Part shown: piece after piece, positions 24,020 to 38,340 of the stretch | Position numbering within the stretch: position 1 is the stretch's first letter | Layout: every line of letters starts with the position of its first letter | Source: Octopus sinensis | Taxonomy: Eukaryota | Length of the DNA stretch: 64,000 bases | Reading direction: 5' to 3' | NCBI RefSeq assembly: GCF_006345805.1 | Contig: NC_042999.1 | Span: 80,972,001 to 81,036,000 of the forward strand | Made by a program: the position numbers and the translations under genes | Notes under the pieces: generated by a model | The model's input: only the letters and a program-made list of their open reading frames with translations | Database searches by the model: none | What the model was told of the DNA's origin: nothing

Positions 24020-24709
24020 ATATACACAATTGGTAAAGAGTTAAGCTTAATTTTAACAATTTAGCACTTAAATTATCCTTTCAAATTGAAAGCATATTTA
24101 TTTGCACATACATTGTGTCGTATCTTTGAAATATTGAAGATGAAATGTTGGGTCTGACCAGTTTCAACGTAAACCTATTAGAATATTTGGGCTAGATAAG
24201 GTCGAGCATACGGAAGCTGCTTAGTGAGTTCCTCACCGAATTGTGGGAATCAAATGTAAAATATAATTTTGCTAGTTGGATACAAACATATCTCAGTAAA
24301 TTAGGTGAAGTTGTTTTCCTTAACTCAGCAGAACTTTATAATAAATAATCAACAACAAAGTGAACGAGAGAAAAGAAAACGATTGAATAATGGTATAGTC
24401 AAGAATAAGAACTAAAATTTCTGCTGTGGAATTAACCCCCCCCCCAAAAAAAAAGAACTGTGGCTGCAGGAATAAGAGTGAAAAAAGACATAAAATTGAT
24501 AAATTCAATGCAGATAAGATTACAGCATATTTCGAGGAGATAATTAAAGAAAAATAAATGCAACAATGAGTTGGGAATAGATAGAAACGATGATAACATG
24601 CAAAGGAAAATATATACTTGCTTTCGTGAGCAAACAAAATTCACATTCCTTTAGATACAGGCATAAAAAGAAGCATGTATATATATATATATACACACAC
24701 ACACACTCA

Positions 24710-24761
<52 letters not shown>

Positions 24762-24849
24762 GCACACACTCCAGCGCGTGCGCATTTACATTCACATTTA
24801 TATTTATATTTATGTATACTAATATATGTATATATGTGCGTGTATTTAT

Positions 24850-24990
24850 CTCTTTCTTTCTCTCTCTTGCTCTCTCTCTCTCTTGCTCTCTCTCTCTCTT
24901 GCTCTCTCTCTCTTGCTCTCTCTCTCTCTTGCTCTCTCTCTCTTGCTCTCTCTCTCTCTTGATCTGTCTCTCCCCCTCTCTCTCTATATA
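24850..24990. repeat. Interrupted (CT)n repeat with recurring 'ttg' units
   Basis: Directly visible. Confidence 0.9.
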
Positions 24991-25221
24991 TATATATACA
25001 TTTATAGACATGTCCACATATATAACCACACACACGTACATATGTTTGTGTGTATGTGAATTACTTGATTTGAGACCATTTGTTTAGGTTATTTCGTTGA
25101 TTTTCTGTGATTAAATATATATATGTATGGCAATAATGATACACACATATGTTTTATATATGTATATAAATATAAATACACAAACACACGCACGCACACA
25201 CACACACATACACACACACAA

Positions 25222-25310
<89 letters not shown>

Positions 25311-25584
25311 CTTAAGAAACCGCTTTATTGTGTAGTTATTGTAAATAATGCTATACAGTTGTTTATAAAAGTAAATTCATATTTTTTTATTCTATTTGTG
25401 CTTTCGCATTCATCAGTAAAATATTAAAATTACTGTACATTCATAACTAATTTTGCTTTCTATATATATTGCTTAAGCCTTATATTTGAATACACTCTTA
25501 TCAATATTTTCTGACGAAATTAAATTATTTATATCAATTTTAGCATTCATGAAATATTTCAGCTACACTTTACTGTTTTTGACT

Positions 25585-25640
<56 letters not shown>

Positions 25641-27070
25641 GCAAATGTGTATTTGTGTGCGTGTCTATATGTGTGTGCGTGTGTATATCTGTGTTCGTGT
25701 ATGTGTGTGTATTCGAATTTCTGTTGTGTGAATCAGTGTATGAGCGCAGATAGGCTCAAGTATGTTTATAGTTTGTGAATGTTATGATTACTTACTGTTT
25801 TGCTTTGTCTTTTTTATATATTTCGTTCTTTTGTAATTCAGATGGTAAATATTTCAAAAGCAACTGCATATAGCATTAGTAGGAATCGTAAAAGCTCCTC
25901 TAGGTTAATACAGGGGAAAAATCTAATATCAGAGGAAATTCTAACACGAGATAAGATATTTTTACCAATCTAAAATTCTACTGCCTTCATCTATATTTTG
26001 GTTCAGGGCTCAAAAATAGTCATGGTTTCCTTCCGTCATTAACTTTTGCAGAGTAAATTATTGGTTGGCAGGAATTTAGATTTAATGCAACTTTTACCGA
26101 GTAGGCAACAATTCGTTTCCTTGATATACGGTGCAATGTATGTACAGCAAATTTATATTTACCTTAATCTAAATACCTACTGTTGAATGTAATTAAAAGT
26201 AATATTATCCACAGAATCCGAATATTCCGTATACTTTACTGAAACATTTAAAAGCAAAACGATTCTAATAATCAAATAATTAGTAGTCTTAGAAATTTTG
26301 AAAGTTTAACATTCTAAAATTAACTGTTTTCAAGATTATTATTTGTGTTCCTTTTGTGAGGTCTTTCATATTTCTAACTGGAAACTATATATTCTTTCCC
26401 AACATGGCTATAGCAAACAGGTTTTTCTCTTCCTCTCTATTGTAATGAGTAAGCAAATCTGGTATCGTGTTCTTTATTGATGTCACTTAATTTTAATAAA
26501 ACTAATCAAGAACAATCATTAAATGCATTTTTAAAGTCATCTGGCAACGCTATGGCATAAATTTCAATAAACCTAGACAGCTGCGTTTTAGTGTTAAGGT
26601 GTATTCAAATCCATGAACTAAACACTGAAATAAATTTTGTTTTCACATTTGCTCAAGTTTTGTTAAAGATTATGTCATTCAACAAATACACCACTTCAGA
26701 ATTCATCATGACCGCTCACTGGGCCGTTAAGGTAGCTTTCATAAAAATATTTCGAAGACTAAGATTTTTCAAAATGGTTATTACCACGAATTTTATATGA
26801 AACGGAGGAAAGAAAACTGTTTTAGATCCCATATGATCTAAGAAAACTGTTTTAGATCCTTCTCTCTATTTGAGTTGGAGCAAGTCATAAATGTATATCC
26901 CAGCATCAGATATAACAGTAGGCACCCTGTAATTCGCACCTTCCTACTTTCCTACACATTCTAATTAAACTTTTCATGGACTAAGTTGGCAAGTGGCTTT
27001 ATGAAGATTTGGTAATTCCCTTTCATTTACTCTAAATGCACAAAAGAAAGTATATCATAAAATATAAATA

Positions 27071-27161
27071 CTTTGACACTTCATGTTGAACAGTACAGAT
27101 CTTTGAGACTTCACGTAGAACAGTTCAGATATTTGAGACTTCACGTTGAACAGTTCAGATC
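27071..27161 (+). repeat. Three tandem 30-bp units
   Basis: Three copies of approximately ctttgagacttcacgttgaacagttcagat. Confidence 0.9.
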
Positions 27162-27314
27162 AGCAAATAATCCAATCATGTCTTTCAAGTGAGAGAGAGA
27201 GAACGAGAGAGAGGGGGGAGAGCTTGAAGCAAGTAAAAAAATAAAAGAATATCCATCTATCTTTTTCACACATTCACACATATACAATCACACACACACA
27301 CATACACACATATT

Positions 27315-27462
27315 AACGATGCGCCTCCATGAGTTTCTATCTACCAAATCCAGTCACACGTGATTACGATAGGAAAACTGAACCCAAATCGCCATACAGT
27401 AAGATTGAACCCGGAGCCATGTGCTTCGGAATTAAACTTCTTGCCACACAGTCACGCCTGCG
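27315..27462 (-). mobile_element. Diverged SINE family A 5' fragment
   Basis: ctaccaaatcc...gaacccggagccatgtg...gccacacagtcacgcctgcg resembles the family head. Confidence 0.6.
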
Positions 27463-29277
27463 TGTATGTGTACGCGTAAATATATATAGACAAATAAACG
27501 GAGGCATGTACACAAATACATAAACACACATGCCAAGAAATAGGTTCGTATGTCCGTAGGTGCATGTGTATTTCTCAACGATCAAATGTGAGCCGTATTT
27601 GTGTGTGCGCACATATGCGAACCTTTATTCGATTTTATAATAAGAACACAAACATACACCTAGAAACAAGTACACACATATTGTTAACGTTATCTGTGAT
27701 TGTTATATTCTATTGTTATTCTCTGATTTACAAATATTATTCACTGTTTCCTACTGAATTTTCTTGGTATTTTTCGTCTTATCACATTGAAACAAATTTT
27801 GTAAGTATAAATTTATTTTCTACATTTTTGAATGATTTATTCGATTTGTTTAAACTAAAGCAAATTTTCTTCAGCAACTTATGAAGTAATTCAAATGAAA
27901 TTTAGTTTCTGGAAAAGTTTGCTTTAAAATAGATTTCCATGATTGTAAATATATTTATAGTTAAGATAATCAATATAATTCAAAGAAACGAAGAGTATGT
28001 GCAGTGAAGTTTCATAACTAGGCGAAAAATTATCCCTCAGTTTAAATATGTATCCCTACATATAGGTAGGTGAGTGTAGGTGTGTATATGTATCTGTACA
28101 TCTGTATGCGTGCGCGTGTATGTATGGACGTATGTATGAATTGTATGTGTGTGTGTGTGTGTGTGTGCGTATGTGTGTGTATTTGTGTACGAGTTTGTGA
28201 AAATTTGCATTTGCCGATGAAATATTTTCTATTACAAAGCAAAACTTTTCGAACACATTAATTTTAACTACAGCAATTTACACAATTATAAGTATATGAA
28301 TGTGTGTATGTACGGACGTATAGATGTATATAAACATTTACATACGTAAGAACGTGTATATATATATACATATACATACATATATATATAGGTGTACATG
28401 TATACATACATGTACATACATATATATACATATATATGTATATACATATATATGAGTATATATATATATATATACATAACTATATGTGTTTGTGCGTGTG
28501 TGTATGTTATATGTGGATTAGTAAGTGGATATATGTTGGTTTTACTAAGGTGATAGAGACCGGTTTGTATATAATGTGATGAAATATATGTTATGCTAAA
28601 ACTATAAAATATGGGACTCTACATTTGCTTATATACACACTCGCACATATTCGTGTTCATCTGCACACAGGCATATTTGCGTGCTTGTGTAATTATGGCT
28701 ACATACCTAAGTATATACATTCATACTCACGCATACATATCTCTTCATATATATATATATATGAATGCATACTTTTATCTGTCTACCTGCATGAGTGTAA
28801 CCATAAAAATAAGCAAGTAAGTCTCTATGCGTGCGTCTATATATACGTACCAACATATATATGTACGAACATGCCTGTTTTTTGAATGCATATTTTGTCA
28901 TGACCAACCTAAAAAAAAACGCCAAGAACGTAAGAGTATTGCATTTCACAATCATTTCGCACAAAATTCTGAATATCATCTTTAATCTGAACTATTTTTG
29001 AAATGAACTTTGTTACCTCAGAAATTGCTAGTCATGCCTACAGCATTGCTTAAAGCATTTCATATAATACAAATGACAATGAAAATAAAAATATTATTTG
29101 CAGGTAGAGAAGAATGGGCTGTTAAAAGAATATATATCTGTCATTGCAATAGAGCATGTGAGTAATATCTATATGTAACAGAAGGATTCTATTGTCGGTT
29201 TGAACTACTACTTTCCAACCACACATAAGTATATACAAGCATACATACATGCAGACATACATATGCACATTAAATGA

Positions 29278-29341
<64 letters not shown>

Positions 29342-29342
29342 G

Positions 29343-29424
<82 letters not shown>

Positions 29425-29438
29425 GTATGTATAAAACA

Positions 29439-29479
<41 letters not shown>

Positions 29480-29564
29480 TTGGCTGTATACATAATCAAG
29501 AATATACACTAACATTATGAAAATTGAAGCTCCCCAAAGGTCAATCACGAAAAAGGTAGATGGC

Positions 29565-30065
29565 ATATCAGACCTCGACTACTGGGGTCGACTAGAAAAG
29601 CCGAAACTCTATTCACTCCAACGACGCTGTGAACGCTACATTATTTGTATGATGTGGAAAATATTCCATTAGCACTGTCCAGATGATGTTGGCATCAACT
29701 TCAAAATACACCCAAGACTTGACCCCGTGCCATCCGTCCACAACAAAAATCTAAATCGCATCTCATAACAACAATACGGCACAATTATTTCACCTCATTT
29801 GGCCCCGCTCTCTTCAACATTACACCAGGACACGTCAAAACAGAAACTGACTACACAAAATTCAAGAAGGCTTTGGATAAATTCCTCCAAGCAGTCCCGG
29901 ACAAACCACCCACACCCGGATATGTCTCCGCAAACAATAACTCTCTTCCCGAATGGGCCTTGGTGTCCAAATCCTGAATTGAATGACTTCGCCAGGTGGT
30001 GCTATTAAGTTAGGCATGGCCTTGGTCAATACTGGCCGAAACCTTTCTAAGCTATTCTAAGTTAT
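29565..30065 (+). mobile_element. CR1/L2-group LINE 3' end remnant (ORF2 C-terminus and 3' UTR)
   Basis: Translation [33 protein letters not shown]... and ...FKKALDKFLQAVPDKPPTPGYVSANNNSLPEW. Matches the YxxRLxxLxLxSLxRRRER and LDxFLxxVPD-type C-terminal motifs. Confidence 0.75.
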
Positions 30066-32675
30066 ATTTAAAATCCTAATGAGAATTGTTTACTATTGCT
30101 GTCTGATTACCCCCCCACACCACACCACCACCAATAAAGCTATGCATTCACGGGCATGTAATTTTATGGATTTAGCTCTTGGTCTGCGGTTCTGGTGGCG
30201 GAAGCTCATAAAATTTTTACATGATCATTTTGACCTTTTGTAATCTTTTTTCACTTATGTAAGTATTTATCGAAATATATATTTCAAATCACAAATGTTC
30301 GACATGAATCGGGATGCCATATGAACAACAATAATTTTGAAATAACTTTTGTTCATTTATACATGTGTTCCGCTGATTTATTTACATAGTACTGAGCTTG
30401 TGCAAAAGTTACATCTCATTGTTACCGAAAGGTTATCATCATCCAATTGAGTATTTTCGTAGGTTAACCTATTGTGAAATTAATATGATTAAATTCACGT
30501 TTTGGAAAAGTTCTGCAAATATACATAATGAGTTTATTACGTTGTTCATTGGAATACAAGCAAACAAATAAATTGATAGGAATAAATTTACGGGACAGAT
30601 GACTACATATACTTGTTGAATTATAGCAACTGAATATGAAGGTAGTGTAGAGAAAGACACAGGAAAATATCTCAAATTAATGAGATTTTTCTCTAATTTA
30701 GAGAACGAAACCAAAATCCTGGCAGCAATCGCCAATGATCCTCAAAGTAACGTCCAGATATCAAGAAATGAGCAAATAATATGGCTGATCAGTGTTTGAA
30801 GATAAGGAAGAGCTATGGACTTATATTTCGGGCTATTGACCTCATCATTATAATTGTTCACAATACCATGTGAACTGCAGTGAAAAGGATTTTTAAAAAA
30901 CGTGCTATAAAGATTGTGCTTTAATAAATTTCTGCTTATTTAACAAAAATAAAATCCCGTAGTAAAATATAATTCAGCATCACTATGGAGTGGCTTCAAG
31001 GCTGATATGAGATTGTATCAGCTATAAAATGATATCAACTAGTCTAAACCTGTCCAAAGACATAAATCAATGACTCATTGAAGAGCTTTTATTTGTGGAT
31101 TTAAAAAGTTTGTTATAAAAATATAAACATAAATACTGATATTATTGTTAAATACTTCGATGTTAGTCTCAACATTTACAAAATTTTACAAACCAGTACT
31201 AAAGCACAAATATAATTTTATCAGAAACCCACCTACATATTGAAAATAATATATTTATTGTATCAGTAGAATTTTTAATATCATCCAGTGTGTAAGAAAT
31301 TCATACAATTGCTTAACAAACACCAGATTAAAATACATAATTATCTACATCTTCAACACCTTGCCATTTCACAGAAGCAATGATTAATCCCTTACAACAT
31401 TATATAATATGTAAAGAATTTTTAACTATTTCTTAATACACTACGCTTCTAGAAACCTCTAAAACAGTATTTGAATGTTAAATTTTCTCCTTTAAGGGAT
31501 AATATGAAAACTCATAAAACAGCAATATAAAAAAGAGCAGGTATACTAAGGAATTCCCGTTCGAAGAATCATACATTTCCGAAGTAATATTTGGGGGTTG
31601 GAATATTCTCTGTCGTATCAAAGTCTATAATAACACCTGAGAAATATCTTGGAATATCTGCTTGCGAATTTAAGGAACAATAATTTTGTTATATTTCAAT
31701 ATTCACACATGCAGATGAGAACTCAATACCATAACCAATGTGTAATTCGCAATTAACTGAAAATACACTGATTTCGATATGGAATATGAAAATGTCGATA
31801 AGATTCAATCTAATGGAATGAAAAAGACAAGGTTCTAATTTTTTAGATATATGTGGTTAAACTGAAATATATCCACAAAGTATTGGAAAGCAATGCAACA
31901 GTATTAAGGAGAAAATGCTAAACGAGGACCATTAGTGGCTTCTTTGTTACCCATACATTTTATTATGCATTGGGAAATAGCATCTTCACAAGATGACACT
32001 AGGAAGACTTGTCAATTGTTAAATGACAATACAAATATTATTCCGATACGTTGTTGGAAATCTTGTTTTTGCTTTTTTTCTGAAACAAGAGACAAAAAAA
32101 AAAAAGAACACGTATACTTGTGGCCATTATTTGAGTGCATCAACTTAAATTATCTTCCAAACATATTCTATACACCAAACTGTATTGTAACTTTAATTGG
32201 ATTCAATAGGGAATATTCTTGGATCAAAATCAGGATGGATGGTGCTTTCACATACAAATAAATCAAGTGCAATTCTTCTGATTTTGCTCTCTCAACATAT
32301 GTGTGCATGTGCTACACACATTCAAATGCACATACATACATACACACATACATACATACATACATACACACATACATACCCACATACATACATACGCACA
32401 TACATATATACATCCATACATATACAGGTGTGTGTGTTTGTGTGTGTTTGTGTGCGTGTTTGTGTGTGTGTTTGTATGTTTTTGTGTGTGCGTGTTTGTG
32501 TGTGTGTGTGTGTGATAAATCATTTTCTCGTTGTAACTGAGCAGATTAAGCTATATAGAATAGCATGGAGGATATTGAGTTGAAACCCCCTCTAAACAAA
32601 GAGAACTTGAAAGCTGCGCGTGGGATTTTTTAGCCAATATTCTAGAGGCTATTATTTATAGGTCTTTCGAAGTCA

Positions 32676-32810
32676 GCGCGATGACATGATCGTTAACCGA
32701 TCGGACAAAATACTGCTAAGACGGACGAAATGCTACTAAGCATTTCGTCCATCTTTACGTTCTGCATTCAAAATTCCGCAGAGTGCGACTTTGCGTATCA
32801 TCTTTGCGGA
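32676..32810 (+). mobile_element. SINE fragment (same family as 165-352)
   Basis: acggacgaaatgctactaagcatttcgtccatctttacgttctgcattcaaattccgcagagtgcgactttgc. Confidence 0.6.
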
Positions 32811-32813
32811 TAT

Positions 32814-32850
<37 letters not shown>

Positions 32851-34010
32851 CATTTATATGCCATTACACGTTGTCATTTGCTAATGGGAGTTACAAAATT
32901 GCACATGTAGACAACATGAGCGACATTCCCTTTTAGAAAGTCTTCCAGGTAATGCTGAATAAATAATACCAACAATTTTCGATTCTCCTGTTTTGATAGT
33001 ATTAATGTGCAGAAATATTTTGCAGTATTTTTTTTAATATTTATGCTTATCTCATACAAAAATAACATCTACATAAGTATTCAGGATGCTGATGTAGGTC
33101 TCGGTGCTTAAAGAGAACACATCTTGGATTTTAACTCTGTCTGCATGATGGGTGTATGTAAAAAAAAATATATATAGATAAGGAAATGTTGCGTATATTT
33201 TCCATGGTATTGAACGCAGATTATTGAAGTCTTTACTGCTATGTATGCGATTTATACTAGTCATTCCCTTAGCTTTACTTAACATATCGGTGCTGCTATA
33301 ATATATAGAACTAATACTTGCTCATAAGTTTGGCATTACAGGAAATGACTATTTCATGAAAGTAATGTAGATATATACAAGCATAATAAATACACATATA
33401 TATATATACGTATATGTATATGTAAACTATTTTACCTATTCACATAGATATACATAGGTATTTAAATTATATAACTAACCAAATATATGCATCATTGACT
33501 ACATTTATCCTGCTGTTTTATAGAGTTATGTGAGTTGGGCATCAATGGTAATATTAGTCCAAAATAATGACAGGGAGTATCGTTGAGAAATGTATATCAT
33601 TGTTGACGTTTAGACTATTTAGTTTTAAATGTTTAATAAGAAATAACGCTCCGATTAACAAGAAAAGCTAAGAAATAAAGAAGAAAAAGTCATTTTCCTC
33701 CGATTTATGAAAAACACGCTCTTTCATAAGAGAACATCAAAAGTAGATATATTAAAAGGAGACTTCATTCAAGGTTTTCTCTAATGTACATTTTACAACG
33801 TAACCAAAATGGTTTGCTTCTTTAGATGTGAGATTGCTCATAGTTACACTTCGCCGATCTGTAGTAATCTAGCATATACACCTGTTTTTACATACACATA
33901 TCTGTTATGTATAAAGTTATAAAACATGTCTCAGAGTGCCTCTGTGATTGTGTGTGCTTTTGTTATCTGGATGTTTATACGTAAATATACGTATGTATGT
34001 CTGTGTATAT

Positions 34011-34172
34011 GTGAAGGCGCATCACTTAGTGGTTAGGGTTTTGTACTCACGATTGCGAGATCGTGGTTTCGATTCCCAGACCGGGATTTACGTTATGTTC
34101 TTGGGCAAAGTAATTCATTTCATGTTGCTCGTCAATCATTTCGTCATCTGACACGTGACATGGTACACCTGT
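34011..34172 (+). mobile_element. tRNA-headed CORE-like SINE 5' part
   Basis: gtgaaggcgcatcacttagtggttag (A-box-like), ggtttcgattccc (B-box-like) and cttgggcaaagtaattcatttcatgttgctc (CORE-like). Head shared with 56812-57120. Confidence 0.65.
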
Positions 34173-34187
34173 ACAAATAATATACAA

Positions 34188-34234
<47 letters not shown>

Positions 34235-34261
34235 TATATATATATATGTGTGTGTATATGT

Positions 34262-34680
34262 ATAGGTGTGGCTGTGTGGTAAGTAGCTTGTTTACCAACC
34301 ACATGGTTCAGGGTTTAGTCCCACTTGGGCAAGTGTTCTCTACTATAGCCTCGGGCCGACCGTAACCTTGTGAATGGATTTGGTAGACAGAAACTGTAAG
34401 AATCCCTTCGTATTTGTATGTATATATGTATGCATGCGTGAGTGTGTGTGTGTGTGTATGTGTTTGTTTGTGTCTGTGTTTGTTCCCCACCATCCATTGA
34501 CAACCGATGCTGGTGTGTTTAATTTTCCGTAACTTAGCGGTTCGGCAAAAGATACCGATAAAATAAGCACTAGGCTTACCGGGAATAAGTCCTGGGGGCG
34601 ATTTGTTCGACTAAAGGCGGTGCTCCAGCATGGCCGCAGTCAATTGACTGAAACATGTAAAATAATATAAGAAAGAAAAG
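34262..34680 (+). mobile_element. tRNA-derived SINE family A
   Basis: gtgtggctgtgtggtaagtagcttg...ggccgcagtcaattgactgaaacatgtaaaa. Confidence 0.9.
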
Positions 34681-34752
34681 ATTATATATATATGTATAAA
34701 CAGAGAGAGAGAGAGAGAGAGTTAGATAGATACATACATACATACACATTAT

Positions 34753-35181
<429 letters not shown>

Positions 35182-35419
35182 CATATATATGTATAAAATT
35201 ATAATTTAGGGTATCTACGAGATACCGCCACTCTGGAAATAGCAGCCGAAACTTACTCTAAAGCCACATTAAATGTTCATACAGCACCAGGAGAGAAGAC
35301 AAAGAGAAAAAGTAAACTAGCAAAAATATTACTGGATAATTCAATATCTCATAAGATATATAAATTGATGAAGACAAAGGAACGGTCACATTCCTTTGTC
35401 TTGAACCTAACGTAACCCA

Positions 35420-35780
35420 CTCATCCCTGTTCATTCATTTTCTTCCCCTACATTTTTTTTCTTTTTCTCATTTTATTATTATTTTTTATCAACAATTATT
35501 TATCCATATTTACAAATGTTTGCTACTCTTATGGAAAGATAATAATAATTCAAAATTGTTGCAATGCTTCGCTCCCTAACGAGAAAGACATAAACAATAT
35601 GACAGCCTGAAATCAGGATCTTTGCCAAGATACAACTTTATGTATGGATATACCTGATGAGACCCAGATTGCAATACGAATGCAACACACCATGTTGAAC
35701 AGAGTTCCATCCATCAGGAACAGTAGCAGGATAGTCCGAAACGACCGTTGTACAAAATAAAAATTTATAACAAATCTATC
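35420..35780 (+). mobile_element. Decayed pLTR-like repeat (family B) with degenerate long-stem-II hammerhead motif
   Basis: CTGATGA(35654-35660) GAC...GTCC GAAAC gacc GTT(35738-35749). Homologous to 22905-23290(-). Confidence 0.5.
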
Positions 35781-36181
35781 TCATTGTTATTTGAATAATC
35801 ATTATATATATATCATGTTTTTATCAGGTTTTTTTACTTTTATTTCTATTTCTATTTTTACTTTATATTTCTTTATACCCCCTTTACATCTACTTACAAC
35901 CCTTTATCCTCTACATTTTTATATTATTCTATACTTACACTTTTTATACATTTTTTATCCCTCGTCCCGAACTCTCGCCCCTCCATCTTCACCTCTATAT
36001 ATGTATTTATTTATTTACATTACCTCAACATCCAATTTTCCTCATTCTACATTGAGAGAAGAAAGAGATGGACGCTTCAACTCTATGCTGCTGCCGCATT
36101 ATGACGTACGTGAATGAGAGGATTTGCATCCCCAACCAAGAATTTTTGATGTAACACATGTCATTGTGGAAGCTGTTGTGC

Positions 36182-36259
36182 GCGGCTGAAGAAGGCCACA
36201 GACATACATTATGCATTGTTATAAATCTGTCTAATAAAGGCCCGAAACATATGTACCGC
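36182..36259 (+). ncRNA. Type I hammerhead ribozyme, complete core, long stem II, palindromic stem III
   Basis: GCGG CTGAAGA(36186-36192) a GGCC acaga...tctgt...GGCC c GAAA(36244-36247) C atat GTA(cleavage predicted after 36255) CCGC. The base of stem II needs a bulge or an A.C mismatch. Confidence 0.68.
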
Positions 36260-36300
36260 TGAATCCTTCGCATCATGTTTTTATTTTATTTTGATCAATT

Positions 36301-36354
<54 letters not shown>

Positions 36355-37997
36355 ATATACGCATATATGTATGTTTAATTGCTTGTGTGAGCGTGTGAGT
36401 GTATGTGTGTATCATTAGATAGATATATATAGAGATAGAGAGAGATAATAAGAATCACAGGGAGAGAATAAATGTGAGAGAATTATGAAATAACACTGTT
36501 AAGGTATGCAGTTAGTTAAGCAGGGTACAATACCGCTAAGTTTAAACTTCTATTCAGAGCTTGGTATAAACGTGACGATTCTTTGATTTTTCATTTCAGT
36601 GACGAAATGCCCTAGTATCAACTAATAGAAACTCAGATTGATAGAAAACAATGTAGAATAGCATTCGTGAAATGCGTTTACTGGAATGAATTAAGAGAAT
36701 ACCCTTATTATCGAATACATGCACACGTATCAGGCGGAGGAATACTGTTGGAAATATTATCATCAAAACATCTCTTAACTGTAAACTAAGAGGCCGCATA
36801 TTGTTATTTTGGACAGATAAGTAAACATATACACTGTCATAGAGGTCAGCTGCCATGCTGATGTATATATCTCTTTTAAAATCAGAGTGAAAGACAACTG
36901 CTCCGAAACATCCAGTTTCTATACCCAGATTATAAATTCATATTTATACCAATAATAATCGTTGCATTTTGTTTTCTGAGTAAATGCTTAACTGATGATC
37001 TAGATAAGCTAGGATTTCTATAAAGAAAAGATAATAATAAATAACCCAACTGTCTAATGATAGAAATATCATTAGCTCAATAGTAATACAATCTGTAAAT
37101 GAAATAATAATAAAAATATGCAAGATTTTATTGACGTTAAAATGTGAATTGTTCATGTTATATAAATTCCAGTGACGTAGTTTTGTATCTTTGTTATAAA
37201 TCAGCTGCTTCCTCAGAGGAAGAATTTCACTAATTCAATGTAGTAGTTGGGTGTAGCAGTAGATAGATGTGTAGCCAAGAGCCCAGGTGATATGTGCGTG
37301 TGTGCATGTGTATGTGTTACTGCGTGTGTAGATATGTACGTATGTGTGGGTTGATAGATATTTACACATATCTATGTGTGCATTTATATATGCATGTCGG
37401 TCACATATAAATTGGACCGACATGCATTTTGAGTTGAAGAGGCGAATAGATTTGAAAGGTTGCCTCAGTGATACCGCTTTCCCCAAGTATATTTCTCTAC
37501 TCAGATGCAGGCAAAACTCATTGGTCTGAACTCAGGTGCTTTGAGAGAATGCGCATCGCATTCCTCAGGGAATGCAGCTTGTGAGAAGGGATGGCTTGCT
37601 GTATCATTTTGCATTGAAATCATCTGCTGTAGATGCTAACGAAAATCAATACAGACGAGTAGAGGATCAGTGCAGATGATAGGGTTGGGAAACAAGTAAC
37701 ACAAAAACGACACTAAGGATATAGCCATGGAAGCCGCGAAAAGGTCAACGTGTGAATGTTTGGTAAGAAAACGTAGGTGAAACCCTACTACAATCGAAAG
37801 CTAATTCTAACCTTGTCCTGTCAGTCACGCAAATTGAACAGGGCAAAAGGCTAAAAGCATGTGACGCTGGGACACCTGCTGCAAAAAATACGCGTATTCA
37901 AGGATTCACTAAATTTAGAAGAAAGTGCATTTTAAATCGTCTATCTCAGAGGTTTATTTCACACATAATCATACACAAAAGCATACACAAACACACA

Positions 37998-38034
<37 letters not shown>

Positions 38035-38239
38035 GTACACACAAACGTGTGCACGCGCACACACATACACACATATATATGCATTTGTGTCTATGTGTAT
38101 ATGTATATATACATATATATACACACACATATGCATATACATATATGTATATATATATATATAAATATATGTATATATATATATATGTATATATATGTGT
38201 ATGTGTATATATATATGTATATATATATATATGTGTGTG

Positions 38240-38340
<101 letters not shown>

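Noticed and set aside
26807-26862. Short direct repeat aagaaaactgttttagatcc x2; also the 30-bp array at 27071 as CRISPR-like
   Set aside because: Eukaryotic context, no unique spacers and no cas genes. Simple local duplications.
30018-30058. GGCC...GGCC-GAAAC-ctttc-TA in the CR1/L2 3' UTR
   Set aside because: No CUGANGA upstream. More likely the ordinary LINE 3' stem-loop.
31420-32260. Coding-looking stretch and a polypyrimidine-AG acceptor on the minus strand near 32080
   Set aside because: All frames are interrupted by stops, there is no convincing donor, and no recognisable protein motif.
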